IMG/VR virus record: IMGVR_UViG_3300045988_129366 | Coordinates: 1 to 64,000 of that record | DNA from: a virus | Length of the DNA stretch: 64,000 nt | Direction: 5' to 3' (one strand) | Shown here: in pieces, positions 47,058 to 55,274 of the stretch | How positions within the stretch are numbered: the first letter of the stretch is position 1 | Layout: each line of letters begins with the position of its first letter | The notes under the pieces: generated by a model | The model's database searches: none | Seen by the model: only the letters and a program-made list of their open reading frames with translations | What the model was told of the DNA's origin: nothing | Position numbers and translations under genes: made by a program

Positions 47058-47528
47058 TCACCGTGTCGCCCTTTTCTTTTCCTCCGCCATCACCTCGGCT
47101 TGAAGCTCCTCCGGCGAGAGCGTTTTCTTCACGCTCTTGACCCGACCGAAACCGAATCTGTCCATCATCCCCTGTGTGCGCTTCTCCTTCTGCTCCTGCG
47201 TCTCGTTGCGCCGTGCGGTCTCTTTCACCGCCTCGTAGTCGTAATCGTAATAACCCTTGTCGAGCAGCATAAACGTGATGTAATTCTCGGTATCTAAATA
47301 CCAATACCGCAGCCACGACCAAAAGCCGTAATTGCCGTAGACCGCCTTTATCTTCTCGTTATCGGTCGCCTCGGCGAAAAGACTCCCTACTTGCTGTCCT
47401 CCCCCTTTTTCTTCGTAGCGTCCTGAGCCGCTTGCGCCTCCGCCGCCCTCCATCTTTTCAGCGTCTCTCTTACGCCGTCGCCAATTGGTTTCATAGAGAG
47501 CGCGAGTTGATGCTTTGTATTTTCCCAA
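47058..47528 (-). CDS. GT-like -1 frame extension ORF of the tail assembly chaperone (expressed as a frameshift fusion).
   Basis: Overlaps the upstream ORF by 142 nt in the -1 frame. The slippery AAAAAG lies at 47405-47410. Confidence 0.4.
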   Translation of the reverse strand: MGKYKASTRALYETNWRRRKRDAEKMEGGGGASGSGRYEEKGGGQQVGSLFAEATDNEKIKAVYGNYGFWSWLRYWYLDTENYITFMLLDKGYYDYDYEAVKETARRNETQEQKEKRTQGMMDRFGFGRVKSVKKTLSPEELQAEVMAEEKKRATR

Positions 47529-47959
47529 TTGGCTAAAGAAAAACCCACTTCTTCATCGTTGAGGGCGGCATTGTTGATTGTGGCAGTGTGTTCTTCGTAG
47601 CGGAGCATAAGCCTCCGCCATGTCAGGGCGAAAAGGAACGGGACAAACAGTGCCCGGTTGCCTAACAGATAGTAGGCGGCTGTCTTTGCGTGGAGCGTGT
47701 CGAGCTTGCGCTGTATCTTCTTTGCCTTGCGAAGCGGCATTGCTTCTTTCTGCTTGCCCGATAGCGCGTAAGCTTCAAGCTCGAGAGTATGGATGCGCTC
47801 TCTCACTTTCTTGCTCACCTGCCTCACGGTATAGGTCTTGCCCCCGACGGCTATCACCCTCGGAAAGCCGTGCTTGATATGCTCCCTCGCCGCCACCATT
47901 CTGTCAAGCTCCTCGTCGGTAAGCTCCCGCGGCCTCTCCTTATCCTCTGCCATTGTCAT
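47387..47959 (-). CDS. Tail assembly chaperone G-like protein (190 aa).
   Basis: Position between the major-tail-like gene and the tape measure. It ends ...ATKKKGEDSK with the slippery sequence G AAA AAG near the stop. Confidence 0.45.
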   Translation of the reverse strand: MTMAEDKERPRELTDEELDRMVAAREHIKHGFPRVIAVGGKTYTVRQVSKKVRERIHTLELEAYALSGKQKEAMPLRKAKKIQRKLDTLHAKTAAYYLLGNRALFVPFLFALTWRRLMLRYEEHTATINNAALNDEEVGFSLANWENTKHQLALSMKPIGDGVRETLKRWRAAEAQAAQDATKKKGEDSK

Positions 47960-48050
47960 TCTGTTTGTTTTCTGCCCCGAGCTTCAGCTCGGAAATCATT
48001 AAAAGGGGCGGCAAAAAGCTACCGCCCCTCGATGAAAAGACCGTTATGGG

Positions 48051-48635
48051 TTACGCGCCGGTTTCCGCCTTGGGTTTGCCCTTGCCCATCATGAACGTAC
48101 CGCAAGTCTCCGTGTCGATATACTCCGCGGTGGCGGTGATGTGCAGTCGCCACAGCTTGCTGTCGAGCGAGAGATTGCCGACAATCTTCGCTTTCGGAAA
48201 AAGAATCCACTTGTTTGCCTCGTCGTTGAAAATCGCGATAGGCGCGGTAGTAACGGGAAGTTCCACAAACTTCATCACGTTTGCGAGCGATTCGATTGAT
48301 GCCGAAGTGCCGGGAGTGGCAACCTTGGTCGCCTTCATGATTGCCTCCGCCATCTCCTCCGAAAGGTCGGCGATGTCGCAAGAGAACGCGTAAGTGCCCG
48401 CGGTCACGGTCGATACAATCGGATCGCCCTGCTCGTCCTTGATTACGTCGATGGTTGGCTCGTCGCCGTCCCACGATGTCGAATCCTCCACCACCTGACC
48501 GAGCGACATCCCGCTCGCGGTCACGTCGGCAAAGGAGGTGCTTTCGGTGTAGCCGCCGGTAGGCGCGTCGAAAAGCACGATGTCACTCTGTCCGTTGAAA
48601 ACCTCGGTGACTTTTCTTGGTTTGATTCCTGCCAT
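48051..48635 (-). CDS. Major tail protein candidate (194 aa).
   Basis: Size and position immediately upstream of the chaperone pair. Confidence 0.45.
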   Translation of the reverse strand: MAGIKPRKVTEVFNGQSDIVLFDAPTGGYTESTSFADVTASGMSLGQVVEDSTSWDGDEPTIDVIKDEQGDPIVSTVTAGTYAFSCDIADLSEEMAEAIMKATKVATPGTSASIESLANVMKFVELPVTTAPIAIFNDEANKWILFPKAKIVGNLSLDSKLWRLHITATAEYIDTETCGTFMMGKGKPKAETGA

Positions 48636-48647
48636 TGTTATATGGTT

Positions 48648-49115
48648 TTAATTGTTGATAAATTCGTCTGTCACATGCCACTCCACGTTGAGTATCGTAG
48701 TGGAGTAGCCGGTAGTGAGATTTGTCGTTGTCGGGGTAATCACGTTTGTGGGGTCGAAAGTGAACACGAAGCCCTGCGACACCTTGCGGTGAACGAGCGG
48801 AGCGACCTGCGAGAGTATCCTGCGGACTCTTGCCGTATTCACAGTCTGCCCGTCGCGTGTGCTGTTAAGCAACTTACAGCTAACTATCAGCATCAAGTTC
48901 CCCTTGAATAGCGCAGGGTCTTCGGTAAGTGACTGCGCCCCACCGTTCCATGTTACACTTAGGAAAGCATCATCCAATCCCTTGCTCGGCTGTTTGCCAT
49001 CTGCATACGCTTTTAAGGCAAGGACGGCTACATCTCCCACGTGTTCCAAAGTCACCTTGCCGTCAAGCAAGGCGGCGAGTGCCACGTCGGGATTGAGGTC
49101 TGCGATTGTGCTCAT
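48648..49115 (-). CDS. Head-tail joining / tail completion protein candidate (155 aa).
   Basis: Synteny. Confidence 0.35.
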   Translation of the reverse strand: MSTIADLNPDVALAALLDGKVTLEHVGDVAVLALKAYADGKQPSKGLDDAFLSVTWNGGAQSLTEDPALFKGNLMLIVSCKLLNSTRDGQTVNTARVRRILSQVAPLVHRKVSQGFVFTFDPTNVITPTTTNLTTGYSTTILNVEWHVTDEFINN

Positions 49116-49615
49116 GCCGTTATCGGTTGAAGTCCTGAAATCACATCGTTAAGCAAAGTCTGTTTCAACGTCTCAAAGAAGTTTACGCCTCGCCCTATCT
49201 TGGAGCCTTGCGTATTTATCTTGTAGGCGTATGGCACAGTAGAGAAAAGCACTATCCATATCCCCTTGGAGAACTGCGTCGCCCCGTCGGAAATAGCCGC
49301 TTGCAGCAGAGGTGAGCCGAATATACCTTTCACACCGCCGTCCGATTGCGCCTTTGTCGCTCTTGCCGTCGGTATAAAGTGCTGGATTGCTCCGTCGGCA
49401 TACACGCCCACACCCGTAGCATCGTGTAAGTTGGCGGTATCTACCGGAAACTGCGTCGTACCGTCGGGCATTACGAAACTTCCGTCTATTACACCTACAA
49501 GCGTCTGAGCCACACTTTTCAGCATAGCCACAAGTTTAGCCTTGATAACACGCTCTGCGTATTGCTCAACGCCAACCTTGAAAACCTTGCTGTTATGTGC
49601 CGTGTAACCGCTCAT
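49112..49615 (-). CDS. Head-tail connector / neck protein candidate (167 aa).
   Basis: Synteny. Confidence 0.35.
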   Translation of the reverse strand: MSGYTAHNSKVFKVGVEQYAERVIKAKLVAMLKSVAQTLVGVIDGSFVMPDGTTQFPVDTANLHDATGVGVYADGAIQHFIPTARATKAQSDGGVKGIFGSPLLQAAISDGATQFSKGIWIVLFSTVPYAYKINTQGSKIGRGVNFFETLKQTLLNDVISGLQPITA

Positions 49616-49938
49616 TTCTCTACGCTCTGCTTTATCTCAACCTCCGTCACATAGTCGCCCGTGAGGTCAAGGGGCAAGTCATTTACAGACTTTACAACTC
49701 CCTTGCGGATGCGCCCTGCCTCGGTGGTTACGACTATATCGTCATTGGATTCCACCGCCACGAAACGAGGAAGATACACTTTGTCGTTGTATGTCATTAT
49801 CTTGTTGAAGGATTGCCCTCCGCCTTGAAAATCACACTTATCATTGTATATCTCCTCGCAGATGGGGTTGTCCCATTCGTCCGTAGCTTCGGAAGCTCGG
49901 GTGATTATGCAATGGTCGTTGTAGCTCAGTTCGCTCAT
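49612..49938 (-). CDS. Head completion protein candidate (108 aa).
   Basis: Synteny. Confidence 0.35.
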   Translation of the reverse strand: MSELSYNDHCIITRASEATDEWDNPICEEIYNDKCDFQGGGQSFNKIMTYNDKVYLPRFVAVESNDDIVVTTEAGRIRKGVVKSVNDLPLDLTGDYVTEVEIKQSVEK

Positions 49939-50375
49939 CGCCAGCCTCCTTTCGTGCGTAGGTTCGTAGCGTCAAACATACCTCCGCTGTCGGTCACTTC
50001 CTCGTCCACCTCCGCGCCAAGCTCCCTGCGCAACTTGTCGCCAAGTGCGCGGAAAGCCTCGCGGTCTTTGGTGGTGAGGGGGTAGCCTCCGATGGAGATT
50101 TGTCTGTTGCCGCGCTTCTCACTTTTCGTGCCGCCTGTGATTGCCGCCGACATCGAGTAGTAGAGGGTAGAGAGTGCGTAGTTTAGCGACTTGGCAAACG
50201 TCTCGTCCATCACGCCATCCACGATGTAGCTTTCCACCTCGTCGGTCAGCGTAACGGGAGCGATAGCCGTCGGTTTTGCCATAATCGGGGACAAAGCAGC
50301 CGATTCAAGCACACTGCGCTCAATCTGCGTGCCTATTCCCTGAAACTGTCCTCTTAGCCAATTCTCTACCGTCAT
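49935..50375 (-). CDS. Head-tail adaptor candidate (146 aa).
   Basis: Synteny. Confidence 0.35.
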   Translation of the reverse strand: MTVENWLRGQFQGIGTQIERSVLESAALSPIMAKPTAIAPVTLTDEVESYIVDGVMDETFAKSLNYALSTLYYSMSAAITGGTKSEKRGNRQISIGGYPLTTKDREAFRALGDKLRRELGAEVDEEVTDSGGMFDATNLRTKGGWR

Positions 50376-50388
50376 ACTCTTCTCTCAC

Positions 50389-51759
50389 TTAGGATTTGGT
50401 GTAGTAGGTCTTGCCCGACTGCACGGTGGTGTCCTCGGTCAGCACATAGCTGTCGCCTACTTTCTCATAGTAACCCTGCGTCTTGGGGTTGCCGGTGGGA
50501 GAAGTCACTGCGGTGTAGGTGACGGTAGTGCCACTCACCTCGTAGTAGAACATCTTCTTCGGCACGGTAGGCACGGCAAGGCAAGTCAGCTCGGACTTCC
50601 ACTTCTGAGTGCGGTTATCCTTGTCGTAGATATACTCGATGATACCCTTGCCGTCGAAAATGTCGCCGAAGATGGCGGATTTGTCGGGGCGCACGGGTGC
50701 CACGTTGTAAATCTGTCCGATGATGCCCGAGGGACGCACGAGAATCACATCTTCGTCGTAGGGCGAAATCGGTGCGACATCGTAGTTCTTGTTTGTGGAG
50801 TTGAATGTCTCCTGACCTACCACATTGGTATGCACAATCAGCGCGTCAGCACCGATGGCAGTCTGAATGAATGTCTTGGCGTAGTCGATGCCGTTCGTGA
50901 GAATCTTTTCCCATCCTGCGGTCTGTGCTGCTGCCTGGTCTTTCTGATTGGAAAGCGAAAGCGTGCGTTCTCCGGCGAAGCCGATACGCTGCAACACTTT
51001 GGGGTGCTTCATCAGACGGAGATAGGTGGCGTTATCCATCTCAACGACCACGTTGGTGTAACCGCGATATTTGTCGGTCTTGAGGTCGTAGATTTTCTCC
51101 ATCAGCACCTGAATGGGGTCGATGGTAGTGACGTAGGTAACATTACCCGATGCGTCCACGCTATACCAGCTCTCTTTCTTGATGTTGGCTTCGGGGATGT
51201 GCGACTTATAAGTCACGCCCTGCAAGCCTCCGGGGTTGTTTGCCGCGGTCAGCGTAAGTTCGCGCTTGAACTTCATCTGACCTACCTGATAGGTAACTGA
51301 GTTGCGGTGACGGTCGGGGAACTGCTTCATGCGGTCGAAAAGACGGTTCCACAGATACTCCTTGATGGAGTTTTCGGGGATTTCGCCTCTGAGTGCGCCG
51401 AGTGTCGCGGCTTTGTTCGCCTCTATGAGTTCCTTGCGGTAGTCCTCCTCGCCATACACCTCTAACCATTTCTGACGTGGAATCGAGCCGGTGTATTTCT
51501 TAAGCGTGGTCTTGCGCCCACGGGGAGTCGGGTCTGAGTAGAGGTCTACATAAGTAGCCATTGCGCTCAGTATGCCCTCACCCTCTAAAAACTCATAGTC
51601 GAAGTCAATCTGAGGGTCAGCCCACTCAAAGCCTTCGATGTCCAGCCCCTCTGTTTCGCGGTCTTTCAGCGCGGACTCGTAGTAGGTCTGGAATGTCTTG
51701 TGTGACGCGAGGCCGAGAGTTCCAGCCAAGTCGTCAAGTCCTAAAAATCTTGTGTCCAT
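50389..51759 (-). CDS. Major capsid protein candidate (456 aa).
   Basis: Size and position after the scaffold and decoration-like genes. An HK97-like fold cannot be confirmed by eye. Confidence 0.5.
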   Translation of the reverse strand: MDTRFLGLDDLAGTLGLASHKTFQTYYESALKDRETEGLDIEGFEWADPQIDFDYEFLEGEGILSAMATYVDLYSDPTPRGRKTTLKKYTGSIPRQKWLEVYGEEDYRKELIEANKAATLGALRGEIPENSIKEYLWNRLFDRMKQFPDRHRNSVTYQVGQMKFKRELTLTAANNPGGLQGVTYKSHIPEANIKKESWYSVDASGNVTYVTTIDPIQVLMEKIYDLKTDKYRGYTNVVVEMDNATYLRLMKHPKVLQRIGFAGERTLSLSNQKDQAAAQTAGWEKILTNGIDYAKTFIQTAIGADALIVHTNVVGQETFNSTNKNYDVAPISPYDEDVILVRPSGIIGQIYNVAPVRPDKSAIFGDIFDGKGIIEYIYDKDNRTQKWKSELTCLAVPTVPKKMFYYEVSGTTVTYTAVTSPTGNPKTQGYYEKVGDSYVLTEDTTVQSGKTYYTKS

Positions 51760-51762
51760 TGC

Positions 51763-52137
51763 TTACGATTCTTTGATGAAAGTGATTGCGCCTTTGAGGG
51801 CGGTTTTCTGTGCGGTTGTATAAGCTGTGCCTGAATAGCGGTCTTCAAGGATGCGGCCGCGAGTTACGATGGTGAGGGTGCAGAAGTCTGCGCCCATCGT
51901 TACATCGTCAAGGGTCAGACCGATAGGGGCCGAGCCGTTGAGTGTGGCTTCGCCGCCGGGCTTGCTTACCGAAATCGGGGTGCCAGCAGGGATAACCTTG
52001 CCCTCGGGATAGCTGTCCGATTTTTTCAGCACCGCGCCTGAGGGGTAGCGTTCGTACACGTCAAGCCAAAGCACCACTCTTTCGACCTCTACGGGTCCGG
52101 CAGATGTATTCCCGAAGGAATGTCCGTAATTTGCCAT
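51763..52137 (-). CDS. Head decoration / capsid accessory protein candidate (124 aa).
   Basis: Small Gly/Thr/beta-rich ORF between the scaffold and capsid genes. Confidence 0.35.
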   Translation of the reverse strand: MANYGHSFGNTSAGPVEVERVVLWLDVYERYPSGAVLKKSDSYPEGKVIPAGTPISVSKPGGEATLNGSAPIGLTLDDVTMGADFCTLTIVTRGRILEDRYSGTAYTTAQKTALKGAITFIKES

Positions 52138-52182
52138 GATTTGTCGGTGTTAAGTTAAACTTGGGTTAATTCTCGGCAATCG

Positions 52183-52902
52183 TCACTCCTTGCCCTGCAC
52201 TCGCCCTGACTTCTGATAGATTTTCATTACCTCGGTCATGTCGAGTTCTGCTTCGCCTCCCGCGCCGCCGTCGCTCTGGAACGGCTTGGTGGTGTCAATG
52301 CCTTTCTTGCTCACGCGCTCGTTGAAAGTTTCCTTGTATTTCGCTGTGAGCTGTTCGGCTGTCCACGTCTTGCCGATGCCGTTGTAGATACCCATTGCCA
52401 TGTTGTAGGCATACTCGCTTTCGTCGGGATAGCCTTTCGCATAGTCCCATGTGGCTTTCAGCTCTTCAAGAGCGGCTACTGCCGATTTCTGCGACTGTGC
52501 TGTCTCAAAGTTGTTCAGACGCTCGGTTATCGGATTCAGCTTCTTGTCAAGAGCCGCCTCGATAAGAGCCGCGATGTCGGGAGTGTCCTGCGGTTTCGGT
52601 TCGGGATTGGATTCGGGTGGTTGGTTGCCGGTGTCAGAGGGTTTCGGAGTAGGCTCGGGCTTCGGTTTGTTCTCGAAAGCACGGAGCTTGTCGTTCACGC
52701 TCTGATACGATTTGAGCAGATTGAGTGTGTTTTCGCTGTTGACGAAGCCCTCAATCGCGCTCTCGTCTGTGATGAAAGTTTCTACGGAAGCGGCTACCCT
52801 TTCAAATACCTCGTCACCAATACCCAGCTGTAACTGCCCGAGTTCCTTGTTTGCCCTCGTTCCGTACTTCTGTTTAAGTGCTTCCTTGATTTTTTGCTTC
52901 AT
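52183..52902 (-). CDS. Scaffolding protein candidate.
   Basis: Acidic, helical, Pro/Glu-rich middle (KPKPEPTPKPSDTGNQPPESNPEPKPQ), directly upstream of capsid genes. The start is taken at ATG 52902. Confidence 0.45.
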   Translation of the reverse strand: MKQKIKEALKQKYGTRANKELGQLQLGIGDEVFERVAASVETFITDESAIEGFVNSENTLNLLKSYQSVNDKLRAFENKPKPEPTPKPSDTGNQPPESNPEPKPQDTPDIAALIEAALDKKLNPITERLNNFETAQSQKSAVAALEELKATWDYAKGYPDESEYAYNMAMGIYNGIGKTWTAEQLTAKYKETFNERVSKKGIDTTKPFQSDGGAGGEAELDMTEVMKIYQKSGRVQGKE

Positions 52903-52928
52903 TATCAATGAATTGTGGTTAAACAAAA

Positions 52929-52970
52929 AGAGCCGACTATCCCGTGAAGGACAATCGGCTCTGTGGCTCT
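52929..52970 (-). terminator. Terminator hairpin of the AGAGCCGA...TCGGCTCT family, with TTTTTGTTT on the minus strand.
   Basis: Immediately 3' of the minus-strand tRNA. Confidence 0.5.
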
Positions 52971-52981
52971 AATTCTATTTG

Positions 52982-53053
52982 TGGCGCGGGACGGACTCGA
53001 ACCGCCGACCTTTGGGATATGAACCCAACGAGCTACCGCTGCTCTACCGCGCT
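52982..53053 (-). tRNA. tRNA-Met (anticodon CAU) with initiator-like features.
   Basis: Hand-folded cloverleaf: acceptor AGCGCGG/CCGCGCC (position 1:72 unpaired), D-arm GAGC-AGCGGTA-GCTC, anticodon arm TTGGG-TTCATAT-CCCAA (three G:C pairs closing the loop), variable AGGTC, T-arm GGCGG-TTCGAGT-CCGTC. The gene is 72 nt. Confidence 0.75.
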
Positions 53054-53069
53054 ATGCCTAAAAACCAAC

Positions 53070-53117
53070 AGAGCCGACAAATGCATCGCTGCATCCATCG
53101 GCTCTGTGGCTCTGTGG
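53070..53117 (-). terminator. Terminator hairpin of the AGAGCCGA...TCGGCTCT family (with a duplicated GTGGCTCT tail) and a T-run on the minus strand just upstream of the tRNA.
   Basis: CAGAGCCGA-caaatgcatcgctgcatcca-TCGGCTCTG-TGGCTCTGTGG. Confidence 0.45.
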
Positions 53118-53130
53118 TTAACAATCTTTT

Positions 53131-53316
53131 TTACCTGTCGAGGCTGTACTTCCGTAGGTCTATCGGTATCTCTTTACCGCATTTCTTACAGAATAGATAG
53201 ACCGTGCCGCGCCCTACCAAATCCTCGTACTTGGCAAGCAATTTCGGCTTGCGACCTAATTCCGCACATCGCGGGCAATATATTCCTGCCTTCATACAAT
53301 TTTCTTCTGCGTGCAA
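53131..53316 (-). CDS. Zinc-ribbon small protein (61 aa).
   Basis: CPRC...CKKCG form two CxxC pairs. Confidence 0.4.
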   Translation of the reverse strand: MHAEENCMKAGIYCPRCAELGRKPKLLAKYEDLVGRGTVYLFCKKCGKEIPIDLRKYSLDR

Positions 53317-53374
53317 ATATAATATTATTTAGTAGATTATACAAGAAAAACTATAAAATAACTTTAGATTTTAT

Positions 53375-53382
53375 TATCTTTG
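53375..53382 (+). promoter_or_regulatory. Bacteroidetes -7 promoter motif TATCTTTG upstream of the terminase gene.
   Basis: TAnnTTTG match in an AT-rich stretch about 110 nt upstream of the TerL ATG. Confidence 0.35.
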
Positions 53383-53490
53383 CACCATAATCAGAGCCGC
53401 AGAGCCACTTGACCCCATCGGGACAGGTGGCTTTCGCGGTTTTTAAGCATCCGTGAGTATGAAAATCAATTACAGCGATACAGAGATATA

Positions 53491-55257
53491 ATGTTCAGAC
53501 TGCTCAATTCTGACATACAATTTCCGGCACTCTATCCCCGCGTAGAGCGCAAACTTGCCACGGTCAAAAGCAAGAGCAAAACGATTGTGGGAGGGTTTGA
53601 GTTGCGCCATAAAATAGACTACATTCCGCAGGTGGGGCTTCAGGAGAATGTATGCGCCTCGGAGTGTAATCTTGTGTTTATGTGCGGACAAGGCACGTCG
53701 GGCAAGACTTTCTCCATGTACCTTAAAGCACTTTCAGGCGTAGACAAGCAGGATTTCAAGGCTCGTCTTATCTCCGTCCGTGCATTGGACTCCAAAAAAG
53801 GTTCGTCAATTTTCACGGACGGTGTAAAGGTCTGCGGAGGCTTTGCTGGATGTCAAGCAAGTTCATCAGATATTCCCTCGTTTGTATGGCCGCAATGGAA
53901 CTCAAACCTCCAGCTCATACACTCAAATTTCAACTACGCCAATCCCGACGAAAAAAAGCTGTTTGAGGACTACGCCAAGAAAAATCAAGCTTCGCTGATA
54001 ATGATTGACGAGGCGACCGAAATGAATCACTTCGGCATGTTCTCGTTTTGGTTCATGCGTAACCGCGATGATTCGGGTATGATTCCGCAGATGATTCTCT
54101 CGTTCAACCCTCTACATGAGCATTGGACTACGGAAATGTTACGTGACGCAGGCTATCTCGGAGCGGACTGGTATCTGCGCAGGGATATGATCGGCAAGAT
54201 ACGCTATTTCTATGTTAAGGGTGACACTCCGGCTGAAATTATTTGGGGCGACACGCGCGAGGAAGTTGTAGAGAAAGCCAATCCCCGAATATCGCAGGAG
54301 GACAGAGAGGCGGGACTTACCGAAGCCGATATGGTGAAATCGTTTACCGTGTTTACCGGCACTGCCGCAGATAACCGCGAGCTTGTAAACGCCACAGGTG
54401 GTCAGTCAGTCGCCAACCTCCACGCTGTCGGCGGAACACAACGCGCCATTGTCGGAGAGGCATACTTCGGTCCGGTGGAAAACGAAGAAATCAACGTAAG
54501 CCGCTCAATGATCCATTCGTTGTGGGAAAACCCGATTGGCAGCAAGGATGCTAACGTATATGCCACAATGGATATTTCCAAAGGAGGCGTTGATTCCGAC
54601 GGCTGCCCCTGCATCATTTGGAAAGGCTTGCAGATAATAGCCATTGAGTTTTTCCGAAAAGACACCGAATCCGAGGAAACACATCAGTTGGAGAATTTCA
54701 TAAACGGCATACTCTTTCGCTACAACATACCAATCTCAAACTTCGCCTACGATGCAAACGGCATTGGCGGTCTGATTGAGGACTTCCTAAAAAAGGGGGC
54801 GAGAGGCATTAGCGGTCAAGGACGGGTAGAACAGGAGTATGACGAGAATGGTAATCAGGTAACGGTAGCGAGATATTTCAACCTCCGCTCGCAACTTCTC
54901 GGTAAGACAGAGATAATGCTGAAAAAGGGAGAAATCTCCGCTGGCGTAAGCAAAGACCTTGTAATCCCCTACGGCAAGAAAGGACAACGCCGCCGTCTAA
55001 TCGACGTGCTTTTCGATGAAATCAACGTGTTCATCACAACCGACCGCAACGGCAAAATCTACTACCGCAAGAAAGAGGAATACAAGGACAAATTCAAGTC
55101 CTCGCCCGACCTAATGGACGCTATTTCCTACCGGGCAATCTTTGAACTCGACACACGCGAGAGGAAACAACCCACTCCACAAGTCGCCTCGGACGCATAC
55201 GACGCGCTCTATCAAAATATAAACTACGGATGGGGAAGCCGACGGATTCATAGATAA
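53491..55257 (+). CDS. Terminase large subunit.
   Basis: 588 aa. Walker-A-like FMCGQGTSGKT and Walker-B-like LIMIDEATEM, with a C-terminal nuclease-like region. It is followed by the portal gene. Confidence 0.7.
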   Translation: MFRLLNSDIQFPALYPRVERKLATVKSKSKTIVGGFELRHKIDYIPQVGLQENVCASECNLVFMCGQGTSGKTFSMYLKALSGVDKQDFKARLISVRALDSKKGSSIFTDGVKVCGGFAGCQASSSDIPSFVWPQWNSNLQLIHSNFNYANPDEKKLFEDYAKKNQASLIMIDEATEMNHFGMFSFWFMRNRDDSGMIPQMILSFNPLHEHWTTEMLRDAGYLGADWYLRRDMIGKIRYFYVKGDTPAEIIWGDTREEVVEKANPRISQEDREAGLTEADMVKSFTVFTGTAADNRELVNATGGQSVANLHAVGGTQRAIVGEAYFGPVENEEINVSRSMIHSLWENPIGSKDANVYATMDISKGGVDSDGCPCIIWKGLQIIAIEFFRKDTESEETHQLENFINGILFRYNIPISNFAYDANGIGGLIEDFLKKGARGISGQGRVEQEYDENGNQVTVARYFNLRSQLLGKTEIMLKKGEISAGVSKDLVIPYGKKGQRRRLIDVLFDEINVFITTDRNGKIYYRKKEEYKDKFKSSPDLMDAISYRAIFELDTRERKQPTPQVASDAYDALYQNINYGWGSRRIHR

Positions 55258-55274
55258 TTCAAAATTCAACAAAT

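Noticed and set aside
52944-53390. 148-aa and 73-aa plus-strand ORFs overlapping the tRNA-Met and terminators.
   Set aside because: They overlap a well-folded tRNA and hairpins. The composition is not protein-like.
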